Positions 15,836 to 28,783 of a stretch of 64,000 bases of DNA are shown here, one piece after another. Where the stretch lies: assembly GCF_009914755.1 (NCBI RefSeq), contig NC_060925.1; one strand, given 5' to 3'. A program made the translations under genes and the position numbers. Position 1 is the first letter of the stretch. Each line of letters starts with the position of its first letter. Under the pieces are notes generated by a model that worked only from the letters and a program-made list of their open reading frames with translations, was not told the DNA's origin and searched no databases. The stretch comes from the human T2T-CHM13v2.0 reference genome, Homo sapiens.

Positions 15836-16659
15836 CTAAATATGCTTGTAACAACAACAAAAAAAATTTAGGAAAGGGGCTCCAAACAAAATCATAGAAA
15901 TTGTAAGACTGACTTCTTTGATCCATTTAATAAGCTTGACATGAACATGTTCTCTGGACCTAGAAATGAGCCAGGGCCATGAGAGGCACATAATGAGGAA
16001 TGATAAAATAGGATTCTTGTCTTTAGGGAGCCTCAAATCTGGAAGAATAGCATTTTGCATTGGAAGGAACTTTAGAGAATGTCTTATCCAATTTACCCTC
16101 AACTTTTCATCTCCCACTAAACAGCACCCTCCATAGCAAAGAATGAGACATTCCCGTTTATATCAGCTGGGAAGGAATTATGAGGCATATTATGTTCTGA
16201 ACATTGCTTGAAAAATTTATTCTGAAGTATTATGTTATTTCTGGTGCACTTTATTCCTCTCTTTCACAATTCTATCAAGTGCAGGCACATTCTGCTCTGT
16301 TCCTAGAGAAAGCATTCTTGGAGCAGACACTTCTAGACTCCCCTCACTTCAATTCCATTTTTCTAAGTTGATTCAAAAAGGAGTACCAAAAAATTGTAAG
16401 CTCATATTTACAAAATTGATTGTTGGAGGCTTGCTTAGAGATGCATAATCATACCCTGCCTCTCTTCTGGGCTTCTTACAAATTGAAAACAGGCACAGGG
16501 AGCCGGATGAGTATCATGGTCAGTATCTACCTTATTAATGGGCCGGATGATTCCCAGGTGTGGATCTAGAGTGAGTTTGGAATATATTTATAACACTTAA
16601 AACATCAAATGATTTGTAGGCATAATATATAAAGAAGTAATATTAGTGCAAACCGGTAA

Positions 16660-17490
16660 AAACCATCAATTAAACTACAATAAAGTTCACTGCAGCATTC
16701 TTTATTCAACAGCCAAAAAACTGGAAGAAAACTAAGTATCCACCCATGGAGAAATGAATAATTAAAATCCTCCATATTCATACAGTGCAATATTATGCAG
16801 CAGTTAAGAGACATAAACCAAGCATATAGATATATATATACACATGTGTATATACACATACATATATATGTGTGTGTATATATACATATATATGTGTGTA
16901 TATATATACATATATGTGTGTGTATATATATACACATATATGTGTGTGTATATATATACATATATATGTGTGTGTATATATATACATATATAGAGAGAAA
17001 GAGTCACAATTATAGATTTCAAATACAATTATTAAGTGAAGAGAGGATTATGCAGAATGATAAAAATTGTATGATACCATGTACATTAAAAACACACAAA
17101 TACATTGTTTATAGATGGACATTCAACAAATATTTATTAAGCACCATCAGTTTTTACATGGCATATTTACAAATGGCATGTGTTTTTATCTGTTATATAT
17201 TTAAATATTCATATACACATAAAAGTGTAGTATATTTGTTATATCGATATAAGATGAATATCAAAGTATCTAAAATGATACCAAACATACAAACCGACCA
17301 AACCCATGAACATTGCTGTGCCCGGGGATGGGGAATGAGAAATGGGTGGTAGTTTCATTTCTTAGAAGGAGGGCAGAGGCTAGCAGGAGATGGTACAAAA
17401 TATTACTAGTTCTTATGTCTAGTGGTGGGAATATAGTGTCTTTACATTCTTCATACTTTTCTGTATCTTTTAAATTTCTCAAAATCAAAA
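16660..17490 (+). mobile_element. Old L1M 3' fragment containing a microsatellite
   Basis: GTTCACTGCAGCATT...AGCCAAAAAACTGGAA...ATATTATGCAGCAGTTAA L1 motifs; boundaries approximate. Confidence 0.55.
16823..16992. repeat. Compound (TA)/(TG)/(CA) microsatellite
   Basis: About 170 bp of nearly unbroken purine-pyrimidine alternation. Confidence 0.95.
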
Positions 17491-19315
17491 GAAGTCTATG
17501 AAAACAGGAATGTGTTTTTTGACAAAGTGTCAAATAGAAAAAACAAAGATTACACAGTGGTCACTGGCTTTGCTACACCTTCCCCTGGGTCCCAACATGT
17601 GGATTTGGGTGGAAGAAAACCTTCAGGAAGTGCTAACATATGGGCTATGGGCCGTGGGCCCTGCTCTAGGTCACCTGAAACACTGCTGATTTAGATTTCA
17701 CTTGAAATCACTGCTGTTTCCAAGGGCTCTGATAGTCATGGCCACAGATGCAGTTGAATTGCCTGACCTCTATTAATTGCTGTTCTTATTGGCCAATTAG
17801 CCAAATGTGTGACAACCCTTAATTTAACCTGTGTTTCATAATTCAGTAAGCCGGATAGTACCCACGGATCAGTAGTTCTGATGGCCCCAGCCTGTCACGT
17901 GTCCTCTGGGGATCCTTTGATTGTTATCCTCCCAAAGTGCTCATTCCCAGAAAATGGATTAATCAGGCCAGTGAAAGCCTCAGGCTCCATAATAAAGTCC
18001 CATGGGCCTACTTATCTTCCTCTTCTGGGGTGCATGCAGGTTGGCCACCTTAGCCATGCCCTAGAAGAGGAAGGAAGCCAAACAGAAGTGTTCTTCCCAA
18101 CCCTGGGTCCCAGATGCCCACTCCTTACTGCGCTCTGGGCCTCTCTCCTTCCTGTCTGGCTAGTCCATTGTTCTCTGCCTTCTAGAAAGAGGGCCCTCCC
18201 ATCAATAGCTGAAGTCTTCTTCCTGGCCAAATGCATGTGCTTCCTATTCTGAAAGCAAAGAGAAAGGAAGGGAAGGTGAGCCCTGTGGTCCCTCAAACAG
18301 TGTCACCCCCCTTTGTGGAGAGGAAAGAAAGGAACCAACTTAAAGTATGTCCCTCACCTCTCCCTCTCCAGAGGCCCAGCCCATGGAACAGTGAAGGGGC
18401 AAACCCAACCTCTTCTTTCTCCACATGTGACTGGATGAGTCAGTCACCATCCAGAGGGTCTCAGCAGGTGTGAGGCAAGGGACTAATGGGGACCTACCAA
18501 GTTCTCTAATCCAGCAAGAAAACTGATCCTCATCTAACTCTTTCTGTATTTCCTGGTTAAAAACTGTAATGAAAGGAGATGTGTGATTAGTCTCCCCAAA
18601 CCTCCATCCAAGTTCAACATAAATTCTAGGGTGTATGTGGAACAGAGAGCTCTTTCAGAGCAAAGAGCTCTAAAGAGTTTGTCTGGAAGGCACATCAAGA
18701 GGCAAATGAATTAAAATGCCAGATTTGCTAAAGCCATTGTCCAAAAGGAAGTGAATCCTGGGGGAGGTGTGTGAGGCTCCAGTCTACCAAGTGGGTTTTC
18801 CCAGGTTTCCTGGCTTGAGGGCAAGGTGGTAGCATTTGCATCTTAACTGTTACACTTGAGAAGACACTAAGACATCCCTTTTAATTAAGTCCAACAAATA
18901 GCATGGAAATCTTCCACAAAAAAATTCCACAAAAAATTATGATATGTCTGATTAGAAGAAATCAGTCACAACAGGGAAGAATTTTACAAGATAACGTTAA
19001 GTGAAAAAAAGCAAACTAAAACACTGTGTCTATAATAGGATTAAAATGGTATAAAAATGTCATGCATATGGACAAAGATTGAAATGAAATTTGAAGACTG
19101 ATTGGGAAGAGATGCTGTTGGAGATGAATTTTTCCATTTAATTTTGATTTTCAATGTTTTCATGTTTGTAAAATAAGAACAGTTTTTGCAGAAGAGCTCT
19201 GGAGAGATGTCTCTCAAGGTGGAAATTATCCCTGCTGTTTGAGCTCTAAAGAGGGCAAAACCCTTGAACAGTGTTAGCCTCTGATGCTACTGGTGGTTAA
19301 TTCTGTTCTCTGGGG

Positions 19316-19623
19316 CAGGGCAGGCAAACTATGGCCCATAGGCCACATCCAGCCTGCGAGACAAAAATGGTTTTTACACATTTAAATGGTTGGGAGAAAA
19401 TGAAAGAAGACTATTTTGTGACATGTGAAAAACAGCATGAAATTCAAATTTCAGTGTCCATAAATAAAGTTTTATTGGAACTCAGCCATACTCATTCATT
19501 TACTTTTATCTATGGCCGCTTTCAAGCTTACAATGGCAGAGTTGAAGCGCAGTGAGACCATATGGAATGGAAGGCCTAAAATATTTACTGTGGCCCTTCC
19601 CAGAGGAAGTTTGCCAAGGCCTG
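19316..19623. mobile_element. MER58 (hAT-Charlie) DNA transposon
   Basis: Ends CAGGGCAGGCAAACT / AGTTTGCCAAGGCCTG; internal TTCAGTGTCCATAAATAAAGTTTTATTGGAAC. Confidence 0.8.
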
Positions 19624-19791
19624 CTCTCGGACATCAGTTCAGTATGGCCAAGAGAACGTGGTCGTCTGCATTATCTCTCCATGTCTTTATCCTCACTCCT
19701 GCTCACCTCCTTGTGGGGAAAGAACATCATTGAAGTCATCCAAGTGCCAGCCTCAGATAAAGCTTGAAAAGTACGTGGCTTAAAGCTTCTA

Positions 19792-20090
19792 GGCCAGGCG
19801 CGGTGGCTCACGCCTGTAATCCCAGCACTTTGGGAGGCCGAGGCAGGCGGATCACGAGGTCAAGAGATCGAGACCATCCTGGCTAACACGATGAAATCCT
19901 GTCTCTACTAAAAATACAAAAAAATTTAGATGGGCATGGTGGCAGGCGCCTGTAGTCCCAGGTACTCGGGAGGCTGAGGCAGGAGAATGGCGTGAACCTG
20001 GGAGGCGGAGCTTGTAGTGAGCCGAGATCGCCCACTGCACTCCAGCCTGAGCAACAGAGCGAGACTCTGACTCAAAAAAAAAAAAAAAAA
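19792..20090 (+). mobile_element. AluY SINE
   Basis: AluY diagnostics, poly(A), TSD AA(A/G)GCTTCTA. Confidence 0.95.
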
Positions 20091-21049
20091 GGCTTCTAAA
20101 ATATCCTCCTTACTGTTGGTGAAATGGGGATTCGGGTATAATAAACACTTCATGGGGGTTTCGAAGCTGTTTAGTTAATACTTACTCTCTCTTGGAAATG
20201 AAAAGCCCAATATCCGGGGATTGTTGTCACTGCTGTTATTATCACGGTGATCATTCCTATATATGGTCAAAGAAACAGTCAGAGGCTGTCACACTCCACT
20301 GCTCATTACAAACGAGACCTTTTTCCAGCTGAAACAATAACACGTGAGTCTAATTAGAATAAAGCTCATTAGAGACGGAGAAAGCCATTAATGCCTCGAT
20401 TGATTTTTCTAATGAAGTAATCCAGGGGAGGAGACTTTAACAGCACAGCTAATTATTTTTTGCTTTTCTTCAGTATGTCTTTGGCATTTAAAACTGTTCT
20501 TATGACTTGTTGTTTGACTATAAACGAAAATGCTGCTGAAAAGTGCTCTGTGATTAAAGAGGCTCTGACACATCCAGCCCTGAGAAAGGGATGGAAGGCA
20601 CCTGCTTCCTACAGGAGGAGGGCCCTGCAGCCCTGCAGGCGGTGGTTTAAGCCCAGCAGCCCCTGGGGATAGCCTTCCTTTCACTTTTCCAGCCTCCTCT
20701 TCCTGTGTATTCTGGATTCTAGCTAGTCGTGCACAGATGCTCAAGCTGCAGAACGTGGTTATCTGCTCCTGCAGTCCTGGTTCAAGGACAGAGCTGAAAC
20801 ATACAGATTCTTATGGAAACTTGGATCTGAGGTTGCCTCTGGATGGTAAAACATGGAGGAAGGGGTTAGGGGATAAAGGGTGTTAGGTGGACAGAGGAGG
20901 GAGATGCCTATTAAATTTATGCACCAGAATGCAGGTGGGGCAATTGTGCTTCATTAATCAGGATGCTGTTTGCCACTCAGAAAGCAGTTAAGTCCCACAG
21001 TACAGGATAAAGGCTGTCAAGGAAGGATAACAATAAGTCAAGAAACTGA

Positions 21050-21243
21050 GACTCAGGATATAATAGACTTGGGAGACTCAGAACAGAGAGGATGGGAGGA
21101 GGATGTGGAGTAAAAAACTGCATATTGGTACAATATACACTGCTTGGGTGATGGGTGCACTAAAATCTCAGAATTCACCACTGTGTCATTTATCATGTAA
21201 CCAAAAACCACTTGTACCCCAAAAGCTACTGAAATAAAAAAAT
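21050..21243 (+). mobile_element. L1 (L1PB/L1MA-like) 3' terminus
   Basis: ATATTGGTACAATATACACTGCTTGGGTGATGGGTGCACTAAAATCTCAGAATTCACCAC...GAAATAAAAA. Confidence 0.75.
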
Positions 21244-21618
21244 TTATAATTTTTTAAAAGCCTTACTGAATGAGGAAATTATTCAACAAAAGGCATTATC
21301 TCAGTGACTGTGTTATTAGAAATATAGTTTAGTGATAATGCACAGTCCAGCAACTAACAGAGATTCCCAGTGTCATCCAGACAGGTAAAGGAGCGGAGGA
21401 AAAATTCTTCAGGTGATCCTTCAGCTAGTCACCAAGCCAACAAGAGCCTGCTTTATCACAAGCATAACAGCTTACACTTCCAGACAGAAAGAAGCCTCAT
21501 TAAAATGAACTTCTGTCATGAGCCTTTATTACAAAACTTCATGTTTGCTTTGTACAAACCCAAGAGTCTTGACCGGACTTGTTTGCTGACTCCATTGCCC
21601 TACCCATGAGGTTCTTTA

Positions 21619-22591
<973 letters not shown>

Positions 22592-22960
22592 TACTTAAAT
22601 AAATACAAATAATGAATAATGGACAGTGGGATTCTAGTATCAACTTTGGTTGCCTCTCTTTGCAGTCCTGTTGCCCCTCTCCTAAGTTCCAAGCTATTCA
22701 TGTAACAGGGCCTATGCCCTATTCTGTGTGCATAGTTTTGCTCAAAACTTATTATCAGTTGTGTTGTTTAAAAAGGCTGCATCTTCCATTATGATGTGCA
22801 AAACGTTGATGGTTTTCTTCCCTTACTAAAGTACCAGGACACTTTCTGTGTAATACCATTTAACAGCCTCCACCCTGCTACCCCCACACCCCAGCACTGC
22901 TTCCCTCCAAAGCCAGAGTGTTCACAACCCTTGGATATGGGCCACACGAGGACTCCATTA

Positions 22961-23380
<420 letters not shown>

Positions 23381-23429
23381 TTATTTTCTGTTGGACCAGT
23401 TGGTCTCATTTTTCAGTATCATTGTAAGA

Positions 23430-23570
23430 GCTATAATTTATTAAGCACCTACCATGTGCCTAGCTTTGCTAAACACTTTCATGTATATGCTTAATTCCCA
23501 CAACTCTGCAAGTTAGGTTTTATTGTCCCCATTTTACAGATGGAGAAACAGATTCAACACTTCCTCTCAG
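23430..23570 (-). mobile_element. MIR fragment
   Basis: TTATTAAGCACCTACCATGTGCC...CCCCATTTTACAGATGGAGAAAC. Confidence 0.7.
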
Positions 23571-23732
23571 TCACTTTCATCTAGTCTACTCCAGTGGGAG
23601 AATACTCAGTTCACACTGATTGTTACATGTCTGAGGGATGTGTGTATTGGGCTGAATGCATACATGTCTATAGAAACATACTAAAAACATATATGATGAA
23701 TCATACCTGACACTGAATGGCAAGGCCTAGAC

Positions 23733-24199
23733 CAGCAGTCCCCAACCTTTCTGGCACCAGGGACTGGTTTTGTGGAAGACAATTTTTCCATGGATGGGGA
23801 GTTGGGTGGGGCGGGGTGGGGGTGGTTTCAGGATGATTCAAGCACATTACATTTATTGTGCACTTAATTTCTGTTATTACATATTCACCATAATGTAGAA
23901 TCAGTGGGAGCCTTGAGCTTGTTTTCCTGCAACAAGATGGTCCCATCTGGGGATGGTGGGAGACACTGACAGATCATCAGGCATTGGATTCTCATAAGGA
24001 GCACACAACCTAGATCCCTCACATGCACGGTTCACAGTAGTGTTCGTGCTCCTATGAGAATCTGATGCTGCCGCTGATCTGACAGGAGGCAGAGCTCAGC
24101 TTCACTCACTCGCCTGTCGCTCACTTCATGCTGTGTGGCCTAATTCCTAACAGGCCATGGACCAGTAGCGGTCCATGGCTTGGGGACTAGGGACCCCTG
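23733..24199. mobile_element. MER1 (MER1A-like, hAT-Charlie) DNA transposon
   Basis: Ends CAGCAGTCCCCAACC / GGGACCCCTG; perfect 8-bp TSD GCCTAGAC at 23725-23732 and 24200-24207. Confidence 0.88.
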
Positions 24200-25009
24200 G
24201 CCTAGACTATTTGTCTATTTTAAACCTGTGGAGGAAAAGTACGTTAGGCACATTGGAGGAACAGTTTCTTAAAGTCACTCTTTGAGCTGTTGCTCTTTAA
24301 ACTAGCAGGATTTAAAATTAGGATGATGTCCTTTCCTTAGTACTTCTAATTCTTATAGACACACTTCAACAAACAAAAACCCCTTACACTAGAACCTTAG
24401 AAATGTGTGTTCTGCACTGACATCAACTTACACTTCCAGGAGGATAATAATACAGATAACTGAAGAAGACGTGGAAGCCTCTACACAGAGTAGGGTGTGG
24501 TCGGAAAAATTTTGGTAGGCAAAGGTTCCTTGGGGTTTTTTGAGTCTGCACCCGAAGGCACTCATGGTTCTTTCAAACAAGCCTTCTTTGTCACCATCAC
24601 TAGGAGTTTCTGTTCTCCCAGCTTTCGAGGGCCTCCTAGGGATCTTGCTCTCTGCAGCTTTCAGTGTGTCCTTTGCACAAGGGTGGGATTGTGACTAAGA
24701 TCCTCCAGTTCTAATTGAGTAACGCATCCTGACAAAGACTTCCATTTGGGGTTCCTTTAAGGGGGAAGGGCATACTTCTGCGAAGAATTGCTGTGTATCT
24801 CCCAAACCCGGCTCCCACTTCCTGCTTTCTGACAGCTGAAGGTCTTCAGGTTCTCTTTTTGGCACAGTTCTTTAAAAATTAAATGAGACATGAAGTCATG
24901 CTACAGAAGCAGGCTCCCTGTCCTGCCCAGTAGGGCCAGTGTGCAGATGGGGTCCCCTGTGATGCTGAGATGGGGCCCCTCCAATGACAATTCTCTCAAA
25001 TCCCCTTTA

Positions 25010-25345
25010 TTTTTATTTACTTATTTATTTTTAAAATGGCATATAGTAATTGTACGTATTTATAGGGTACATGTGGTATTTTGATACATGCATACAGTGT
25101 GTAATGGTCAAATCAGGGTACTTAGTATATGTATCATACCCAAGAGTTATCATTTCTTTGTGTTGGAAACATTTCAAATCTTCTCACTACTTTGAAATAT
25201 ACAATATATTACTACTAACTCTAGTCACCCTACTGTGCTGTTGAACACTAGAATGTATTCCTTCTTAACCATCCCCTCTTCATCCTTGCCCCAAGCCTAC
25301 TATCCTTTGCACAAGGTAATCGCCTCTGGTAATCACCATTCTCAG
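25010..25345 (-). mobile_element. L1MA-like 3' end (antisense)
   Basis: T-rich tail then TAATTGTACGTATTTATAGGGTACATGTGGTATTTTGATACATGCATACAGTGTGTAATG. Confidence 0.8.
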
Positions 25346-25879
25346 GTCTCCTTTCTTAGAACGGCACTGGATGGCCATATGGTTTATGGCCATATCTTAC
25401 TTTCAATGTGTTTTGATTTCAAAGTTTGTTACCAAAGAAGTTGCTTCTCAGTGCTGCTGAAACAGGTGATAATAAAAATGAAGCTGAATTGAATTTGAAT
25501 TTAGTTACCAAATCACTGCAGTTGTAACAAAGGCAAGGAGCAGCCCTGTGGGCTTGCGCTTCTCTGAGCTTCCCCCGCAAGCATTAGGGCTTCACTCTTT
25601 GCCTTGCAGGACTGATATAAATAGTACGTAAAATAATATCTGCAAAGCAGCTAATGCTGTTTTCTTGCTCCTTTGTTTAGTAATGATAATAATTTCAGAG
25701 TAGCCAATGCTTGGGAAATGAAAGTTGCAGAGTCCTGTGTTTACAAAGAAGGTTTATATTGTATTTGTCCCTCAAAAGGTGGGGTTGGGGAGCCTTTACT
25801 GTGGTTTGAAATGGTCCTTCTACTACATAACCCAGAAACTCATTTACCAAATTGAAGACAATGAGAACACCACCTTTCA

Positions 25880-25975
25880 TGTATGCATGTGTGTGCATGT
25901 GTGCACGTGTGTGTGCTTGTGTGTGCACACGTGTGTATGTGTGTTGTGTGCACGTGTGTGTGTGTGTGTGTGTAT
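25880..25975. repeat. Degenerate (TG)n microsatellite
   Basis: TG runs with GCAC/GCAT interruptions. Confidence 0.9.
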
Positions 25976-27120
25976 CTGTCTGCCATTCCTTCCACGTTCT
26001 TCCTCATGGATGAAGCACCCTCTAAACTCCACATTGGCTGGCTGAGACTTTGCTTTGATTTGAGGCCTCATTTAGTCACAGGTAGTAGAGGGACTTCGGT
26101 TTCTGCCGTAGAAGTTTTATTCATGTACATCGGTTTCTGGCCTGTCTGGAGTGCAAGGCTGAGGTGGGAGGAAGAGTTCCCTGACACCTATCAGATGACA
26201 GCTTATGGTCATAGTCCTTACTCACCTGACAGCCACTAAGGGAGGAGGTCCCTATTCCCCTGCCAGGGGGACTGAACAAACACAGAGTTTATAATAACAA
26301 CAATTACAATAATAGTAGCAGTAGTAGTAATAGTAGCATTAGCTAACATTTATTGACTACTTGCCAGACACTATATTTTTTTCCATTTAATCCTGACCAT
26401 AACCCTATGGGATGGAGACCGTGATTATCCCCAGGAAACCAAAGCCCAGCAATTTGTGCGCTGTCAAACAACAGTGTATATGTACATATATACACTGGAG
26501 ATGTCCACTTTCCTTTCCTAATAAAACCTTCAGGAAAACTCCATGAGCCCTACCTTTCCTCTCCACCTGAATACTTGGGTCCATTTGTAAGTTACCTCTC
26601 AGAGCCTCGTGAGTTGGGGATCTGTGGAGAGCATCATCTGATATTTATGGCATTGTGTGGATACATTTGTATGTGTCTTGTTCCCCAGATTAAAAAATAA
26701 ATCCCCAGTGGCCAGGCACCTTTAAGTTCTTTCTAGCTCTCCAGTGTGTGACTCAGAGCATGTCTCCTGAGTGGTCTGGGCCAAGGCTAGGGATGGCATC
26801 TGCTTGGGCAGTGTCACCAGGGAGGCTGCCCATGGGATGACTGGCAAGTACACACTCCTTATGTCAGGAAGACTGGTTACCCAGCTTCTCTGCTCAGGAG
26901 AGGTTTTGTGCAGCAAGTAAAACAAGCCTAGAGATGACACTGGACTCAGACACTCTGCAAGCGGTAGGGGTGGGAGTTAGCAATCTGATGATGGAGGAAA
27001 CCAAAACATGCTAAGGGGTGAATCCCATTCTAAGGGAGCAAGCAATCTGGGGCCAGTTGGCATGGGAGTGAGCAGCCCCACCTGCTTCCACAGGCCTGAA
27101 GACTTCATTGTGTGGCAGTT

Positions 27121-27435
<315 letters not shown>

Positions 27436-27489
27436 AGCAGTATTTTGTAATTTGCCAAACACACACGGGCATGGGCACATATACATCAT

Positions 27490-27680
27490 GTGTAAAAGTA
27501 TGTGCCAGAAATGATTTAATCACTTTATTACTATTAACTCATTTAATCTTCAACTATTCTGTGAAATAGGTACTATTGTTCTCTTCATTTTACAGATGAA
27601 GAAACTGAGACACAGAGAGGTAATTTTACCAGGATCCCAGAGCTAGGAAGTCACAGAGTCAAGATTAGCACCCAGCCACG
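27490..27680 (-). mobile_element. MIR SINE
   Basis: CTCATTTAATCTTCAAC...CATTTTACAGATGAAGAAACTGAGACACAGAGAGG. Confidence 0.75.
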
Positions 27681-28744
27681 TGGCACAAAATAATCCATTT
27701 TGATAATGCTTAAATATTAGGAAAATGTAAAATATTTCTGTTATATAGATAATGTGACCAAAAAACATGTAATACATCTGAGAAATAGTTATATGCAAAA
27801 TTATTATTAGTATCGTTAAGTATTGGTACTTTTAGAAATAAGTTCTGCTTTTAAAAGAACATTCCCCCCCCCCAAGAAAAATGAAACATGTAGTGTGTAT
27901 TTTAAAAGAAAAAGAAAAAGTTGAAGGAAACAAATAATAATAACACCTGACTTTTTACAAAACCCTTATCTATGACATCGGACACAGGCAGGGCAGGTGC
28001 CCTGTGATGGGTTACAGACCAAGAGAGTCATGTGTTTTGACCAAGACAAGCCAGCTCGGTTAAATGTGGATCCTTAAAGCCCAGCCCCAATCATGTCTTC
28101 ATTGAGTTTATGACCTAGAGGAGAGAGGATAAAATATGTTCACAAATAACCATTGTACATAGTCCTTAGAGCTTCAGATAACCTGTTTTAGTTAGCAAAT
28201 GAATCAGAAGCATCTTTGCCTTTCTTGTGCATCCCACACATACCAAGCACAGACCTGTTATGCGTGTTTAAGGATTCTTGTTTGTTGTTTTTTGTAATCC
28301 GTTTTAGAGTGAATTAAACTCAGACATCCCTGGATTGTATGCTGTCTGTAGAATGTTGATTTTCAGGCACGGGGATGTAGCTGTAGAATGTGGCTTGTTC
28401 ATTCTTCCTGATAAGAAATTGATCTCCTGAATGGATTGGCCATTTGGTAATTTCTTAGTGAAAGGCTGACTCTTGAATATGGCTGTTATAATATAAATTC
28501 TTACCAACATAAAGTAAGGGCTTATTTGGGGCTTGGTAAAACTGTCATGCCTTGAAGTATATATAGCTTATAAATTGGCTAACATGTATTTATGACGTAG
28601 CTACCCCTGTGCCAGCTATCACTGACAAAGCCTGGATTCTGTTGCAAGGAGACATATATTGAGAGAAAATTGATTACAAGTAACTATTTCAGGCTCTGCT
28701 TTGAATTTCTCATTCACATGCTCTTTTTTCTTTTTCCCTCCAAG

Positions 28745-28783
28745 GGTCGGGATTACTGTTCGGAAGAAGAGGATATCACATAG
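28745..28783 (+). CDS. C1orf21: C1orf21 last coding segment, GRDYCSEEEDIT-stop
   Basis: Long pyrimidine tract then AAG acceptor; GGT CGG GAT TAC TGT TCG GAA GAA GAG GAT ATC ACA TAG matches the recalled C1orf21 C-terminus. Confidence 0.93.
   Translation, partial: GRDYCSEEEDIT

Noticed and set aside
16605-17352. ORFs up to 185 aa with YIHT/CVYI repeats (likewise 25695-26239 and 54585-55022)
   Set aside because: Stop-free reading of dinucleotide microsatellites.
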